The position numbers were made by a program, and so were the translations under genes. The notes beneath the pieces are model-generated. The model was given only the letters and a program-made list of their open reading frames with translations. It was not told where the DNA came from and made no database searches. Of a stretch of DNA of 64,000 nucleotides, positions 48,081 to 58,642 are shown one piece after another. The stretch comes from an uncultured bacterium (lineage in GTDB: Bacteria; Zixibacteria; MSB-5A5; CAIYYT01). The stretch covers positions 6,479 through 70,478 of the forward strand of contig CAIYYT010000002.1 in assembly GCA_903930455.1 (NCBI GenBank). Direction: 5' to 3'. The number at the start of each line of letters is the position of its first letter. Positions within the stretch are counted from its first letter, which is position 1.

Positions 48081-49510
48081 GAGGATAGCAAACTCGAAAC
48101 GGGCAAGCTGGATAATGCCTGTTTTTTCGCGATGGCATGTAACGCTATAGTAAGAGCAGCTATTATGTATAAATGCGGATAGTACAAGACTGTCAAGAAA
48201 AAACCATGGACGATAAAGCCAATCAGCGAACAGTCCAAGGCTAAGGAAAAATTCGTTAGCCACGGTTCGTTAAGATTTGCTTCGCGACAGATTCTTCGGG
48301 TTTCTTGGTTACGCCTAAATATCAGTATCAGTACCGCTACGACCACAACCAGCCCCCCGAGACCTAACTCCGATGCGGCCTGAAGAAATATGTTATGAAC
48401 GACACTCGCTCCCCCCACTCCGGAAGGACGATACTTCGACAGCCAATTTGGCGAAAAATTGTTAATGCCGATTCCCGTCAGTGGATGATCTGCTAACATA
48501 CTAAGACCAGCCTTCCACAAGGTGATCCGGGACGAAGCCGTGCCATCTTCCTCATAGTTCTGGGCGTTAAGAAATCGTTCTTTCCATGGGTCCGAGGCAA
48601 TTGCCCAGAATCCTGCGAGGAAGGCTAAGACTAATGCAAGATTGACCAGTTTATTCCGGCTTCTTGCCCAGTACAGTGCGGTTGCGGCTGCCAATCCTAA
48701 CGCCGCCCCACGCGAACTACTCCGAAGGAGAGCAATAACGAAAGTGGCAGTGAGTGCCCCGGAAACAATTTTGAGGATTCTCGATTTCACCGACAGAAAG
48801 AGGTAAAAAGCCAATGGCACCACAATTACCATCGCTATCCCGAAGTCGTTGCCATTTCCGAAAAAACCGCCAGAACCGGCACCTATCCCCTGCTGGATAA
48901 AGAAGGACTGATTGGAAGTCGAAGATAACCCTGCAGCGAAACTCCTTAACTGAAACTGCGCCAGCTTGAAGTTTAGGAGAAGAAAAAGCCAGATGAATAC
49001 TTGTAACTTGGGTATTGTGTTCACCAAATTGATGATAAGGAAACTGATAACAAAATATTTGGCGAGATCGATGGTCGCATCAAGAGCCATCTGCATATTC
49101 ATAGCAACGGCCATTGACACAAGGGAGATTCCGAGCCACGCCAGGAACAACACGTACATTTTGTCCGAGACGATCTTGATATCGTGCGAAGTAGCACGTC
49201 TGATCAGGAATATGATTAGCGTCGTCAGTACAATCAGTTTGCCAAACTGAAGATCTCGAAGACCGGGAAACATTGCCGAGAGTCGGGTGTATTCGAACAC
49301 TATATACGCGAGCGCACCCAGATAGGGATTGTGTAACAGCATAACCGCAAGGAATATGATGCCCATAAGACCAAAGACGAGCGTTGGCCCGGCGAACAAG
49401 AGGCCGATACCGCAAGCCAAAGAGACGACCACCAGTGCGGCATACCATAAATGCCGCGACTCCACCAGTTGAGTCCGTTGTGTACCGGCCAGTCCAGAGT
49501 CATTTGCCAC
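48077..49510 (-). CDS. O-antigen ligase/Wzy-like polymerase
   Basis: Multi-TM; GNGNDFG, SSSRGA, SRITLWKAG..HPLTGIG, HNIFLQAASELG. Confidence 0.9.
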   Translation of the reverse strand: MANDSGLAGTQRTQLVESRHLWYAALVVVSLACGIGLLFAGPTLVFGLMGIIFLAVMLLHNPYLGALAYIVFEYTRLSAMFPGLRDLQFGKLIVLTTLIIFLIRRATSHDIKIVSDKMYVLFLAWLGISLVSMAVAMNMQMALDATIDLAKYFVISFLIINLVNTIPKLQVFIWLFLLLNFKLAQFQLRSFAAGLSSTSNQSFFIQQGIGAGSGGFFGNGNDFGIAMVIVVPLAFYLFLSVKSRILKIVSGALTATFVIALLRSSSRGAALGLAAATALYWARSRNKLVNLALVLAFLAGFWAIASDPWKERFLNAQNYEEDGTASSRITLWKAGLSMLADHPLTGIGINNFSPNWLSKYRPSGVGGASVVHNIFLQAASELGLGGLVVVVAVLILIFRRNQETRRICREANLNEPWLTNFSLALDCSLIGFIVHGFFLTVLYYPHLYIIAALTIALHAIAKKQALSSLPVSSLLSS

Positions 49511-49844
49511 TGCTATCTGCGTTTTCCTCTTCGCCTAAATGTGTTGGCTTTATCTACATTGCGGTAATGTTTCCCCCCAGTTCGAGCAGCTTCCTACTGT
49601 CTGTGTCGAACGGGCAGCTCTAGACCGCGGGGACTGAGAAGCTCTCTTATGGGCAGTTCCTTTCCGAATATGGATTAACACTGCCGTCACGACGAGGGCT
49701 GCGAATCGAGTGTCGGTACCATACTGTTTCCACATAGCTATCATGCGCCCTACTTCGGCCAAAGTCAACAATATTTCACCGAGACGCTGACCGCTCCGTT
49801 ACTGACAATCCCCCGAGAGGAAGTCATGAAGAATCTTCGGACAT

Positions 49845-50984
49845 TTAGCCAATGCAGTTTCGGTACAATTCGGCATAACTCCTGATACTGCGCTCAATGC
49901 AAAACCTGTCCCTTACCGCAAACTTGGCCGCCGCGCCGAGAACCGAGGCCAACTCGCGATCGCGGATAAGCCGGAGTATTCCCTGTGCGAGAGCATCGGC
50001 ACTTTGCGGGGGGATCAACAAACCTGTCTTGCCGTCTTCCACAATCTCAGCCGGTCCACCCGAGTTTGTCACCACTACAGGTTTTCCTAATCCCATGGCC
50101 TCGATAGTGGCTATGGACAGTCCTTCGGTGTTTGAGGACATGGCAAAGATATCACACTGCTTCAACAATTGCGAAACATCACTTCTGAAGCCCGTGAAGA
50201 AAACTCGCTCCTGAAGCCCCAGCGAAGCCCTGAGAACCAGCAGGTCGGCAAGCAGTTCTCCGCGTCCCTCTCCGGCGATCACAAAGTAAGTATCTTGAGC
50301 TATGTCAATAACTATTCGAGCGGCATTTAGCAAGTACTCGTACCCCTTGGCCTTTCGGATATTTCCAACTGAGCTGACAAGAGTGGCTGTTAGGGGAATG
50401 CCAAATTCAGAGCGCAACGCGTTAGACCGGGTTGCCCGGTCCAATAATTCAAAATCGATACCATTGTAGATTCTAGTTACCTGGTCAGGTCGAAATGACC
50501 AACCTTGAAACAGCTCATTCTTAAGGTGATCCGAGACTACCACAACGCTCTTTGCTTGTCGTTTGATCACCGCCATCTTCAGCCAGTTCTTTGGACTTCT
50601 GGTGCTCCAAGTGCCCACCATCCCGTGAAAGGTTACAACAACCGGAATACGAGTGAACAATCCGGCTAAGCACGCATAAAAATTGGCGTCAGGCAGGTGA
50701 GAATGAATCAGGTCAACTCTTCGGGTGCGAACGATGCGCATGATCTCTCGAAGAAAACTCCAGTCAAAGGCGCCGCTACTCTTGACTACAAGGGGAGTGA
50801 TTCCGGCAGCCTTCATGCTATCGTAAAGCCAGCCGATGCCAGTCAGCAAAACTATCGATTCAAACTCCATTGGATCGAGCCATCCCACGACATTCAACAA
50901 TACTGTTTCTGCGCCTCCGGGCCCGGTCGTCTCAATCATATGTAGAATCACCGACTTACGATTCTGCATTCTGCACCAATCCAA
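49845..50984 (-). CDS. Glycosyltransferase family 4
   Basis: GPGGAE, GNIRKAKG, EGLSIATIEAM. Confidence 0.93.
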   Translation of the reverse strand: MDWCRMQNRKSVILHMIETTGPGGAETVLLNVVGWLDPMEFESIVLLTGIGWLYDSMKAAGITPLVVKSSGAFDWSFLREIMRIVRTRRVDLIHSHLPDANFYACLAGLFTRIPVVVTFHGMVGTWSTRSPKNWLKMAVIKRQAKSVVVVSDHLKNELFQGWSFRPDQVTRIYNGIDFELLDRATRSNALRSEFGIPLTATLVSSVGNIRKAKGYEYLLNAARIVIDIAQDTYFVIAGEGRGELLADLLVLRASLGLQERVFFTGFRSDVSQLLKQCDIFAMSSNTEGLSIATIEAMGLGKPVVVTNSGGPAEIVEDGKTGLLIPPQSADALAQGILRLIRDRELASVLGAAAKFAVRDRFCIERSIRSYAELYRNCIG

Positions 50985-50993
50985 AGTAGTTCA

Positions 50994-52202
50994 TCATACT
51001 TCATTCAATATGGCTATAATTATGTCGATATCGTTCTGACGAACATAGGCATGAGTCGGCAGAGTGAAGAGTCTTGCCACTATCTGTCTTCCACCGGGAT
51101 AGTCACCTTTGAGTGAGGCCAATTGCGGTTCGATTCCCCGGATCTCGCGAATGATCGCCGGATACATGGTCACTGCGGTGAAACCCCCCTTCCGCAAAAA
51201 GCGCACCGCACGATCGCGCATGGCCTGGTCGGCGGCGAGCACCGGCAGACGCAGATAGATCGTACCTGTAGCCGCTTGTGAGCCAGGGATCTCAAACTTG
51301 CCGAGCGGACGAACCCCTTCCGCGATCTTCAAAGCGCAGGCCGATCTCTGCGAGTTCAACATGTTGAGTCTGTCGATCAGCAATCCGCCAGCACATTGTT
51401 GCAGGCGGCCGAGTTTCGCCACCGAAAAGTGGTCGTCATATATCGTCTCTCCCAGTCCAAGGAACGGTAGCATATTTGGAAACCAGTAACACCGCGGCCG
51501 GAGAAACATTGAGTGGAGGAAGAACTTCAAGACTGTTACCACTTCCGAGATGATCCCCGGCGTGGGCAGTGATTCGATTGCCTCTTCTATGTATCTCCCC
51601 AGATCGTCGTTATCGGTCACGAGAACACCTCCAGCGCAGGTGGATAGGTTTTTACCCCGGTCGAGACTATAGAAGCCGGCATCACCAAGCGTTCCGGCCG
51701 CGCGGCCATTTACTATTGTGCCGAGTGCCTGGGCAGCATCATCGATCAGAAACACCGACTCTTCCTTCGTGATGGCACGCAGTTTGCTCCAGTCACTTAC
51801 GATCCCGAACAAATTACTGGCGATCACAGCCAGAACATGATTAAAATCAATCTTGCGCAGTTTGTTATAGTCGTAGTCCATAGTCATCGGGTCGATATCC
51901 ACCAAACGAATCTTGAGGCCAGCCCTAACAATTGATGCTGCCACCGAATAGCAGGTCCAGGACGGAATAACGACCTCATTCTTTTCCGGGCGGGCCAACC
52001 GTGAAACTTCCCGTAGCATAACCAACAGCGCTGTGCGGCCGGAATTAAGCAACCACACATGCTTGCTACCGGTAAGACGCTTTAGCTTTCGAGTGAACGG
52101 CTCATCGAGTTTCTCTAAACCAACACGTAGAGCGATAATTTTGGCAATATCTTTGATGCTAATGGGCGTTCCTGAGGGAGGCATCAGATAAAACATACGC
52201 AC
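50994..52202 (-). CDS. DegT/DnrJ/EryC1/StrS-like PLP-dependent enzyme
   Basis: NSGRTAL, IDDAAQALG, FYSLDRGKNL, LFTLPTH. Confidence 0.88.
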   Translation of the reverse strand: MRMFYLMPPSGTPISIKDIAKIIALRVGLEKLDEPFTRKLKRLTGSKHVWLLNSGRTALLVMLREVSRLARPEKNEVVIPSWTCYSVAASIVRAGLKIRLVDIDPMTMDYDYNKLRKIDFNHVLAVIASNLFGIVSDWSKLRAITKEESVFLIDDAAQALGTIVNGRAAGTLGDAGFYSLDRGKNLSTCAGGVLVTDNDDLGRYIEEAIESLPTPGIISEVVTVLKFFLHSMFLRPRCYWFPNMLPFLGLGETIYDDHFSVAKLGRLQQCAGGLLIDRLNMLNSQRSACALKIAEGVRPLGKFEIPGSQAATGTIYLRLPVLAADQAMRDRAVRFLRKGGFTAVTMYPAIIREIRGIEPQLASLKGDYPGGRQIVARLFTLPTHAYVRQNDIDIIIAILNEV

Positions 52203-52209
52203 CTGCCGA

Positions 52210-53241
52210 CTACGGGAAATTCCTGATCACACGCGGGCCGAGAACATTGGCGACAGAAAGTGGCAGCTTTTGCCAGATCTTAATAAGCAATTGATATTTC
52301 GAATCAGCCGGGTTGAGTGTCGGAAGTTCTTTGAGCTTAAGCAATGAATATTGCCAATGTAATTGTTGCGGAAGTGCGCCCCACTGTTTCTTGAAATTGT
52401 AGGCGCCGCTATCAATTGACGAGCGCCCGAAATCAAGATATTTGAATCCGGTGGCGGAACCATCTTCGATCACCGCCCAATAGAGCGCATGATTCGGGCA
52501 AAACTCTAACATGTGACGATATGCCGATGCCGAAGGTACATAGAGTGAATCTTTGAACGCCAACACCAAGCCCGCGGCAATGACCGCGCCTCCCCTACGC
52601 ACGAGAACGAAGCGAGCGGTTTCGCGAAATTCACCTAGTATTCGCGCAAAAAAGCCCTTTCCCCAGACCGGTGTGCCAAGATCCCGCATGTTGTGAGCAA
52701 ACACTCGATAAAATTCGTCTAACTTCTCCAGTCCGCCAAATTCTGTCGTCAGTCCTGATTTTTGCGATTTGCGGATTTGGTTGCGAAGTTTGGAGTTGAA
52801 TCCATTCCAGATGGTTACTGCGTTAGATTCAAGCGGCAAGTGAAACGTCACCTTATCCCGTCGTACAGACAATCCAAGTTCCTGCACCCATAATGAGCGA
52901 AATTCGATAAACTGAGCACCTTCTCGCACGGCAAGACTCATAGCTGCGTCCAACAAAGACTGTTCGGTCGGCAGGTCGTCTGCCAGAATGCCCCCGTAGT
53001 CAATCCAGGGCAAACTGACGAGATACTTGGAACGCCACCAGGTCGTGATTAGAAACAACGGAAGCACGCCCGTCAGCTTTCCATTTTCTTGCGCTATGAA
53101 GTACTTGGGAACGTGTCCGAGCCCGCGCCAAATTACCTCGCGCCAACCAATCTGATGAGCGATGGTGGCTCGTGGGGACCGGGTAACATAATCAGACCAC
53201 CGACTCCGGAAATCGGAGGTATATTTTGAAACCGATACCAT
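52210..53241 (-). CDS. FemAB-like protein (PEP-CTERM system-associated)
   Basis: SLPWIDYGG, KLRNQIRKSQK, NMRDLGTP, DFGRS..YNFKKQWG. Confidence 0.92.
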   Translation of the reverse strand: MVSVSKYTSDFRSRWSDYVTRSPRATIAHQIGWREVIWRGLGHVPKYFIAQENGKLTGVLPLFLITTWWRSKYLVSLPWIDYGGILADDLPTEQSLLDAAMSLAVREGAQFIEFRSLWVQELGLSVRRDKVTFHLPLESNAVTIWNGFNSKLRNQIRKSQKSGLTTEFGGLEKLDEFYRVFAHNMRDLGTPVWGKGFFARILGEFRETARFVLVRRGGAVIAAGLVLAFKDSLYVPSASAYRHMLEFCPNHALYWAVIEDGSATGFKYLDFGRSSIDSGAYNFKKQWGALPQQLHWQYSLLKLKELPTLNPADSKYQLLIKIWQKLPLSVANVLGPRVIRNFP

Positions 53242-53281
53242 TAGAGATCACATTGCCGTCGCGGCGTTTGCCCTGGTCGAA

Positions 53282-55861
53282 TCATTGTTGTACTCCGAGG
53301 TTTTTTACTGCGGCAGGTGGTATCGTATCTGACACTGGTCCCCAAATCTGCAATTCTGTTAGCCAATTGATACCGGGATACGTTGCTGGTCCCATGTTGG
53401 CTGGCTGATAGATTCGTAACCGCTGCGTACTCACAGTCGAGAAAGTGGTAAAAGCGAGACTGTCGGTCGCCGTCGGAATGTTCACCGTAACAATATCGGT
53501 ATAGGCGCTGCCGTTCCAGCTCTGAATTCGGTATTGCCGAGAAACCATCCAGGCGGATTGGAAACTGTTCCAAGCCCAGTAGATTCGAACTCCGTTGACC
53601 GGTCGCACTGCCCCAAAATCAATTTCTACCCAGTGCGGAACTGTAGTGCCATCGTCCGATGCCCACGTTGTTGCGGTGGTGTTACGAGGCAAAATAACAC
53701 CGTCGGCAATCGGGGTTACAGTATATCCCGAATATGTTCCACTCACAGCCGCGGTTCGCCCCAACGCATAGTTCACAGTGTCGGCAGAGGGGGGCGACGT
53801 GGTGAAGGTGAAATCTGAACCAACTGCCTCATTGGCGGCAGCATCTCGTGATCTGACGCGATAATGATAAATTGTCCCAGCGCTTAGTCCGGTCAGAGAC
53901 TGACTGTGGGATGTTAGGTATGCAGGGTCCAAAGTAGTAGAAGAACCATAACTGACCGTTAGTCCATAATTTACTTGCGAGGTCGCTAGTTCGTTAGTAG
54001 TCCACGTAACGGTGGCACTACTTGCCGCGATGCTCGTCGCCTGAACCACACTTATGACCGGCTTCGTGGTATCAGCCGGAACGTCATTATCTAGGATCAT
54101 TCCCGTCGCCGTTGGCTGAGCGATACGACCGATGGTCGCGTTAGTCAATGTGATCGTCATCGTCTCGGTCGGCTCAACTATGGCGTCGTCGATAGTTTGA
54201 ATAACAATTGTGCCGGTAACTGATCCAGCCGGAATCGCTATTTGACCATTGACAACCGCTGTATAATCTCCGGGCGCAATAGCGGTACCATTCGCAGTGC
54301 TATATTTGATGACACAGGGGGAAGCCAAGGTTGTCCCGATAGTTATGGGGAAGACGAGGTTGACTCCTTCGATAACCGCAGGTGCGTCGCCGACGCGGAT
54401 GGAAGAATCCTGCGCACCCGACGTGCCTAGTGCTCCGAGATATGTCGGATACGCTCCACCCTTACCACCTGATAAAGCCGGAGAACCGGCCTGCAAATGA
54501 TAGTTGTGATTTGCCCCATCGACAAACAGCGGATTGGCAATGGTTGAGTGAGCATCTTTTCCGGTAACTTCAGCTATATTGTTGGCTTGCCACTCAGCAA
54601 GGGTGTAATAAGTTCCTGAACTGTGACTTTGATAATTGTTATCAGCGTTTGGATACCAGAACAGATCATCCGACGAGGTACGGCCATAAAACAAGTTGTA
54701 GTCAGTGTAAAGGGAAGCCACGGGCAGACCCGACTCAATCGGCTTTATTGACGTGGTTGGTTGGTGATCCCAGATGATATTATTGAAGAAATTGGAACTA
54801 TTACCAGCAACCGATCTTCCAGTTTGATAACCAAATCCTGTCTTGTACATGTCGATGGTGTTGTTATACACCCAAACACGGGTATTGTTATATCCCAAAT
54901 TAGATAAATCATTTTGGACAATCGCCCCAAATTGACTGTAACTATCACTACCGGTTCCAGCCCCTATATTGTAGATGATGTTATTCCTCACTACTACACT
55001 GTCGGTACTACCCCCAGACGCTGGCCCCAAATCAATTCCAACTACCCCTGCGCCGTTTATGATGTTATTCTCCATCATAATGACATACATCGGGGAATCT
55101 TTTCTCTTGAGTTTTAAGCCAACCCCTAAAACATCTTGGATATAGTTATCGTGAATCCAGGCAGTATCTCCATCATATAGCACTACACCATCATAGTTAT
55201 TCTGACTCCCACCTGCGAATAACGCCCCAGTTCTGTAAATCTCACAGTGTGACACCTCTATCCCGTCACCAACGGTCTCTCCCCATGCCCCCGATATAAT
55301 TCCCCCACAATTACCAAAATTATTTGGACTTATCATATATACTGAATCTACACGACAGTATTTTATCGTCAAATGACCAGCATCCACTACAACACCACCA
55401 CAATTACTAATCCGAAAATCAAGAGAATCAAGGGTGATATAAGGATAGTCTATGTAGGCAGTTATGGAACCCGTGCCATCCTGATTGTCCGAACCCCCGT
55501 ATTTACCACGTAGAATGGGTCGGCAACCGTTCCCCTTGTAGACTATCGGATGTCCAGCAGTTCCACCGTGGGTGGGTCTAAGAACACAGTAATAAGTAAT
55601 ACCGTAAAATGTACGGGTTTGCCCCTCATGGTAGTACGTCCCATCGCTAATCAAAACCGTATCATTAGCAACTACCGTCGTATCTGCCCTATAAATTGTT
55701 TTCCAAGCGTTGGCGAGAGAATGGCCATCGAGTGCATCGTTGCCGTCAGGCTTGACGTAATGTTTAGCGGCCATCGTTGTTCCATCCATTAAAAGTGCGC
55801 TAAGAAGCAAACAGGGAATCGCAAAGGACCACATGATTATAATAGGTTTCGGCTTATTCAT
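53282..55861 (-). CDS. Secreted parallel beta-helix protein with Calx-beta, FN3 and discoidin domains
   Basis: HYVKPDGND..AWKTI, Asn/Gly-rich beta-helix, YHLQAGSPA, Calx-beta TIDDAIVEPTE, FN3 WTTNE..YHYRVRS, WVEIDFG; start 55861 supported by RBS and sigma54 site. Confidence 0.88.
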   Translation of the reverse strand: MNKPKPIIIMWSFAIPCLLLSALLMDGTTMAAKHYVKPDGNDALDGHSLANAWKTIYRADTTVVANDTVLISDGTYYHEGQTRTFYGITYYCVLRPTHGGTAGHPIVYKGNGCRPILRGKYGGSDNQDGTGSITAYIDYPYITLDSLDFRISNCGGVVVDAGHLTIKYCRVDSVYMISPNNFGNCGGIISGAWGETVGDGIEVSHCEIYRTGALFAGGSQNNYDGVVLYDGDTAWIHDNYIQDVLGVGLKLKRKDSPMYVIMMENNIINGAGVVGIDLGPASGGSTDSVVVRNNIIYNIGAGTGSDSYSQFGAIVQNDLSNLGYNNTRVWVYNNTIDMYKTGFGYQTGRSVAGNSSNFFNNIIWDHQPTTSIKPIESGLPVASLYTDYNLFYGRTSSDDLFWYPNADNNYQSHSSGTYYTLAEWQANNIAEVTGKDAHSTIANPLFVDGANHNYHLQAGSPALSGGKGGAYPTYLGALGTSGAQDSSIRVGDAPAVIEGVNLVFPITIGTTLASPCVIKYSTANGTAIAPGDYTAVVNGQIAIPAGSVTGTIVIQTIDDAIVEPTETMTITLTNATIGRIAQPTATGMILDNDVPADTTKPVISVVQATSIAASSATVTWTTNELATSQVNYGLTVSYGSSTTLDPAYLTSHSQSLTGLSAGTIYHYRVRSRDAAANEAVGSDFTFTTSPPSADTVNYALGRTAAVSGTYSGYTVTPIADGVILPRNTTATTWASDDGTTVPHWVEIDFGAVRPVNGVRIYWAWNSFQSAWMVSRQYRIQSWNGSAYTDIVTVNIPTATDSLAFTTFSTVSTQRLRIYQPANMGPATYPGINWLTELQIWGPVSDTIPPAAVKNLGVQQ

Positions 55862-55978
55862 TGCATCTCCCTCAGAGATATTACAATTCGTATCATTCGA
55901 CAAACCAACTGCAACGGCGGAGACAAAAATCGATTTGCATATTATGTCTCCCATAATACAGTTATAGACTTCATAATA

Positions 55979-55993
55979 GCAATTTGAGTGCCG
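55979..55993 (-). promoter_or_regulatory. sigma54 promoter
   Basis: CGGCAC-TCAAA-TTGC upstream of 55861. Confidence 0.7.
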
Positions 55994-56139
55994 CGCTCCA
56001 ACCAAAATCAATGCCCGTAAGTACTTGATTGACAGGCACTCAAAGAACGCGGAATCTGGTTCCTCCCCGCTTACCGAAAGGAACTGTATAATATTCGCTC
56101 AGACTGATCATGTTTTGGCTTCGATCAGCTACCGGGCGT

Positions 56140-57537
56140 TCAGAAACCCAGCGGAACCTTGGAAATCACCCAACGAAACTTGCCGTTCGCAGTGCGCGCA
56201 ATCGAATCGACGATTTCAACGGTAACACTCACTTCCGGACCAAAAACTTGCCTCAGCGAATCAATGATAATGGCCTCTTCACGTTCGTTGTAGCTGGGCC
56301 GGGGCACGACGCGCATCATTACGTGATAGAGATCCTCCTGCACAATTTGCGATTCTTCGACACTGAGCAGATGGTGAGTAACCGCATTCAGAATCGAAGA
56401 CGATATATATCGTCCGTCGGGCGTCACGGTAATGTCTTCATCCTTGGTCGTAACCCCGCTCATAAGCGGCAATACTCGTCCGCATCGACAAGGATTTGAC
56501 TCCAGTGAAGTGACATCATTTGTCTCGTAGCGAATGAGCGGCATCGCGTAATTATGCAGACCAGTGGCGATAATTCTTCCGAGTCGCTTGCCACTGCTCG
56601 TGAATTGCTTTCCACCGACGATCTCAACGAGGCCAAAGTCGGTATTGACGTGTTTTCCGCAGTGCTCTTCGCACTCGGTTGCAAATACGACCCGTTCCGC
56701 CATTCCGTAGAAGTCGAATACTTTGCAGGCAAAGGCCCTCTCAATCGCCTCGCGCTGAGTTTTGAAAAGCGTCTCAGAAGAAGTCAATACCACCTGGAGC
56801 GGAAAGGTCTCGCCCCGCTGGTTTAGATACCCCGCCAGAATTGACATCGTGGAGGGATACCCCTCGATTGCACGGGGCTTGAATTTGCTAAGCTTCTCGA
56901 GGTAATGCGGCACATTGACCGGCGACAAATGAAACGAGGAGCAAAAGAGGTGATTCAGAATCCAGTTGTGGCGCCAAAACGGGGGCTTAGTTCGCCTTAG
57001 CGGTACCACCTGCCGACCCAAGAAGAAGGCTATTCTGTCGCCCGGATTCAAGCCCGCCATGCGCTTTTGTCTCCAGTCAACCACCGTCTTTACAAGGCAC
57101 ACCTGCCTGTCCCACATTAGCCGTAAAGGAGACCCGGTCGTTCCGGACGTGTGACCGATGATTCGATCGAATCGGCCGGTGTTTCGCGCCACCAAATCAT
57201 CGCGATTTTCCATCACCTGTTTGCGCGTCAGCACCGGTAGCTTGGGCAGATCCGCCAGCGTCCTGATGTCATCAGGAGTAATCCGCGCAGCCTGCATCAC
57301 GCCATTGTAGTACGGGACATTTTCATAGCAGTGCTTGATAAGAATAGTCAGATGCTCATCCTGATACTCTCGCATCTCTTCAGGGGAATACCATGAGTGT
57401 TTCTCGAATTCTTCCAGCAACTGACGCAGTTTTCTGCCATATTCTCGCCGGTATAGTTTCATACCATACAGCGTCATCCCGATGTTTTGGATCAGGGCGG
57501 GACTACGTGAGTACACTTTGTCCAGAACACTACTCAC
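56140..57537 (-). CDS. Phenylacetate-CoA ligase family (CapK-like) adenylate-forming enzyme
   Basis: ENVPYY, HTSGTTGSP, FYGMAE, MPLIRYETND, TANGKFR. Confidence 0.9.
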   Translation of the reverse strand: MSSVLDKVYSRSPALIQNIGMTLYGMKLYRREYGRKLRQLLEEFEKHSWYSPEEMREYQDEHLTILIKHCYENVPYYNGVMQAARITPDDIRTLADLPKLPVLTRKQVMENRDDLVARNTGRFDRIIGHTSGTTGSPLRLMWDRQVCLVKTVVDWRQKRMAGLNPGDRIAFFLGRQVVPLRRTKPPFWRHNWILNHLFCSSFHLSPVNVPHYLEKLSKFKPRAIEGYPSTMSILAGYLNQRGETFPLQVVLTSSETLFKTQREAIERAFACKVFDFYGMAERVVFATECEEHCGKHVNTDFGLVEIVGGKQFTSSGKRLGRIIATGLHNYAMPLIRYETNDVTSLESNPCRCGRVLPLMSGVTTKDEDITVTPDGRYISSSILNAVTHHLLSVEESQIVQEDLYHVMMRVVPRPSYNEREEAIIIDSLRQVFGPEVSVTVEIVDSIARTANGKFRWVISKVPLGF

Positions 57538-58633
57538 TGTTTCGTTTCCTGCGATTTCTAATCATTCTCGCGAAGTTGTCAATGAGACGTCTTCCATCGT
57601 ACTTATGCAAGTGCCTCAAGTAGTACCAATAAACCTCTCGTCTGAAGCGAGCGGTGTTTTTCTTTAGCTCCTGAGAGTAGATCGGTTGGGTGTACGCAGG
57701 ACTACCAATTTTTTGGCTCAGTCTGAGCACTTCTCCGATCAGTTCTTCCCCGGCCACACTATCCAATACTATCGGCTGCAGATCATCATTTATGAATACG
57801 GGTATAATATCATAATCGATGCGGTTCGTACCAGAGAAGCGACATCGTAATATCATACTCTTACGCAAACGTGGCTGCCACATATCGAACACGAAATTTC
57901 CCAGACTATAGGCAATAACGCCGCGACCATACTTCTCCACCCCTTGGAGTATATGAGGGTGGTGCCCTAAGACTACTGCGCAGCCACAATCGATAATCTG
58001 CCTACCTAGCCTAACCTGATCAAGCGATGGATAATCGATGAACTCATCTCCCCAATGCACGGAGACAACCATATAGTCAACCATATTTCGATACTGCTCT
58101 ATATCCTGTTTGATCCTGTCCAAACTACCTGCAACGTCGCATCGTGAAACTATCTGATACTGCTCCGGTCGAAAATTATACGCGAGAAACCCGAATTTGC
58201 GCCCTTTGATCTCAAGTTTATGAAAATTCTCAACGCCGATTTCTGAGAGCTCAACCCCCGTAAATCCAATTCCATTCTGTCGCAGATGTAAGATGGTCTC
58301 AATGAGCGGTTGCTGTCCGTGCTGCATAATGTGATTGTTGGCCAGCGACACAACATCAAATTGCGCCGCCACTAATCCTTGCACCGCCTCGGGTTGACCT
58401 CTGAGTTGGACCCGATCAAAAGGGTCATGCCGGCTGTCAAACCGCGAGAGCACCGTTTCAAGATTACCAAAAAGAATATCTCCGGCTCGCAACTCCTCAA
58501 GGCAGCGGGCGAACGGAAATAAGGGACCGCATTTCTCGATCTTGGAAGCCACGCCAATACCGTAGGAAACCGCAAGGTCCCCCAGCATGATGTCGCCAAC
58601 AGCCAGAAGTGTAATTGTCTCGGAGGAACTCAT
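57530..58633 (-). CDS. CapA (PGA_cap) family metallophosphatase
   Basis: AVGDIML, GNLE, SLANNH, VHWGDE, GHHPH, YSLGNFVFD. Confidence 0.92.
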   Translation of the reverse strand: MSSSETITLLAVGDIMLGDLAVSYGIGVASKIEKCGPLFPFARCLEELRAGDILFGNLETVLSRFDSRHDPFDRVQLRGQPEAVQGLVAAQFDVVSLANNHIMQHGQQPLIETILHLRQNGIGFTGVELSEIGVENFHKLEIKGRKFGFLAYNFRPEQYQIVSRCDVAGSLDRIKQDIEQYRNMVDYMVVSVHWGDEFIDYPSLDQVRLGRQIIDCGCAVVLGHHPHILQGVEKYGRGVIAYSLGNFVFDMWQPRLRKSMILRCRFSGTNRIDYDIIPVFINDDLQPIVLDSVAGEELIGEVLRLSQKIGSPAYTQPIYSQELKKNTARFRREVYWYYLRHLHKYDGRRLIDNFARMIRNRRKRNSE

Positions 58634-58642
58634 GAGAAGTGA

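Noticed and set aside
49511..49844. 73-aa ORF in the gap between the polymerase and GT4 genes
   Set aside because: No motif or RBS support
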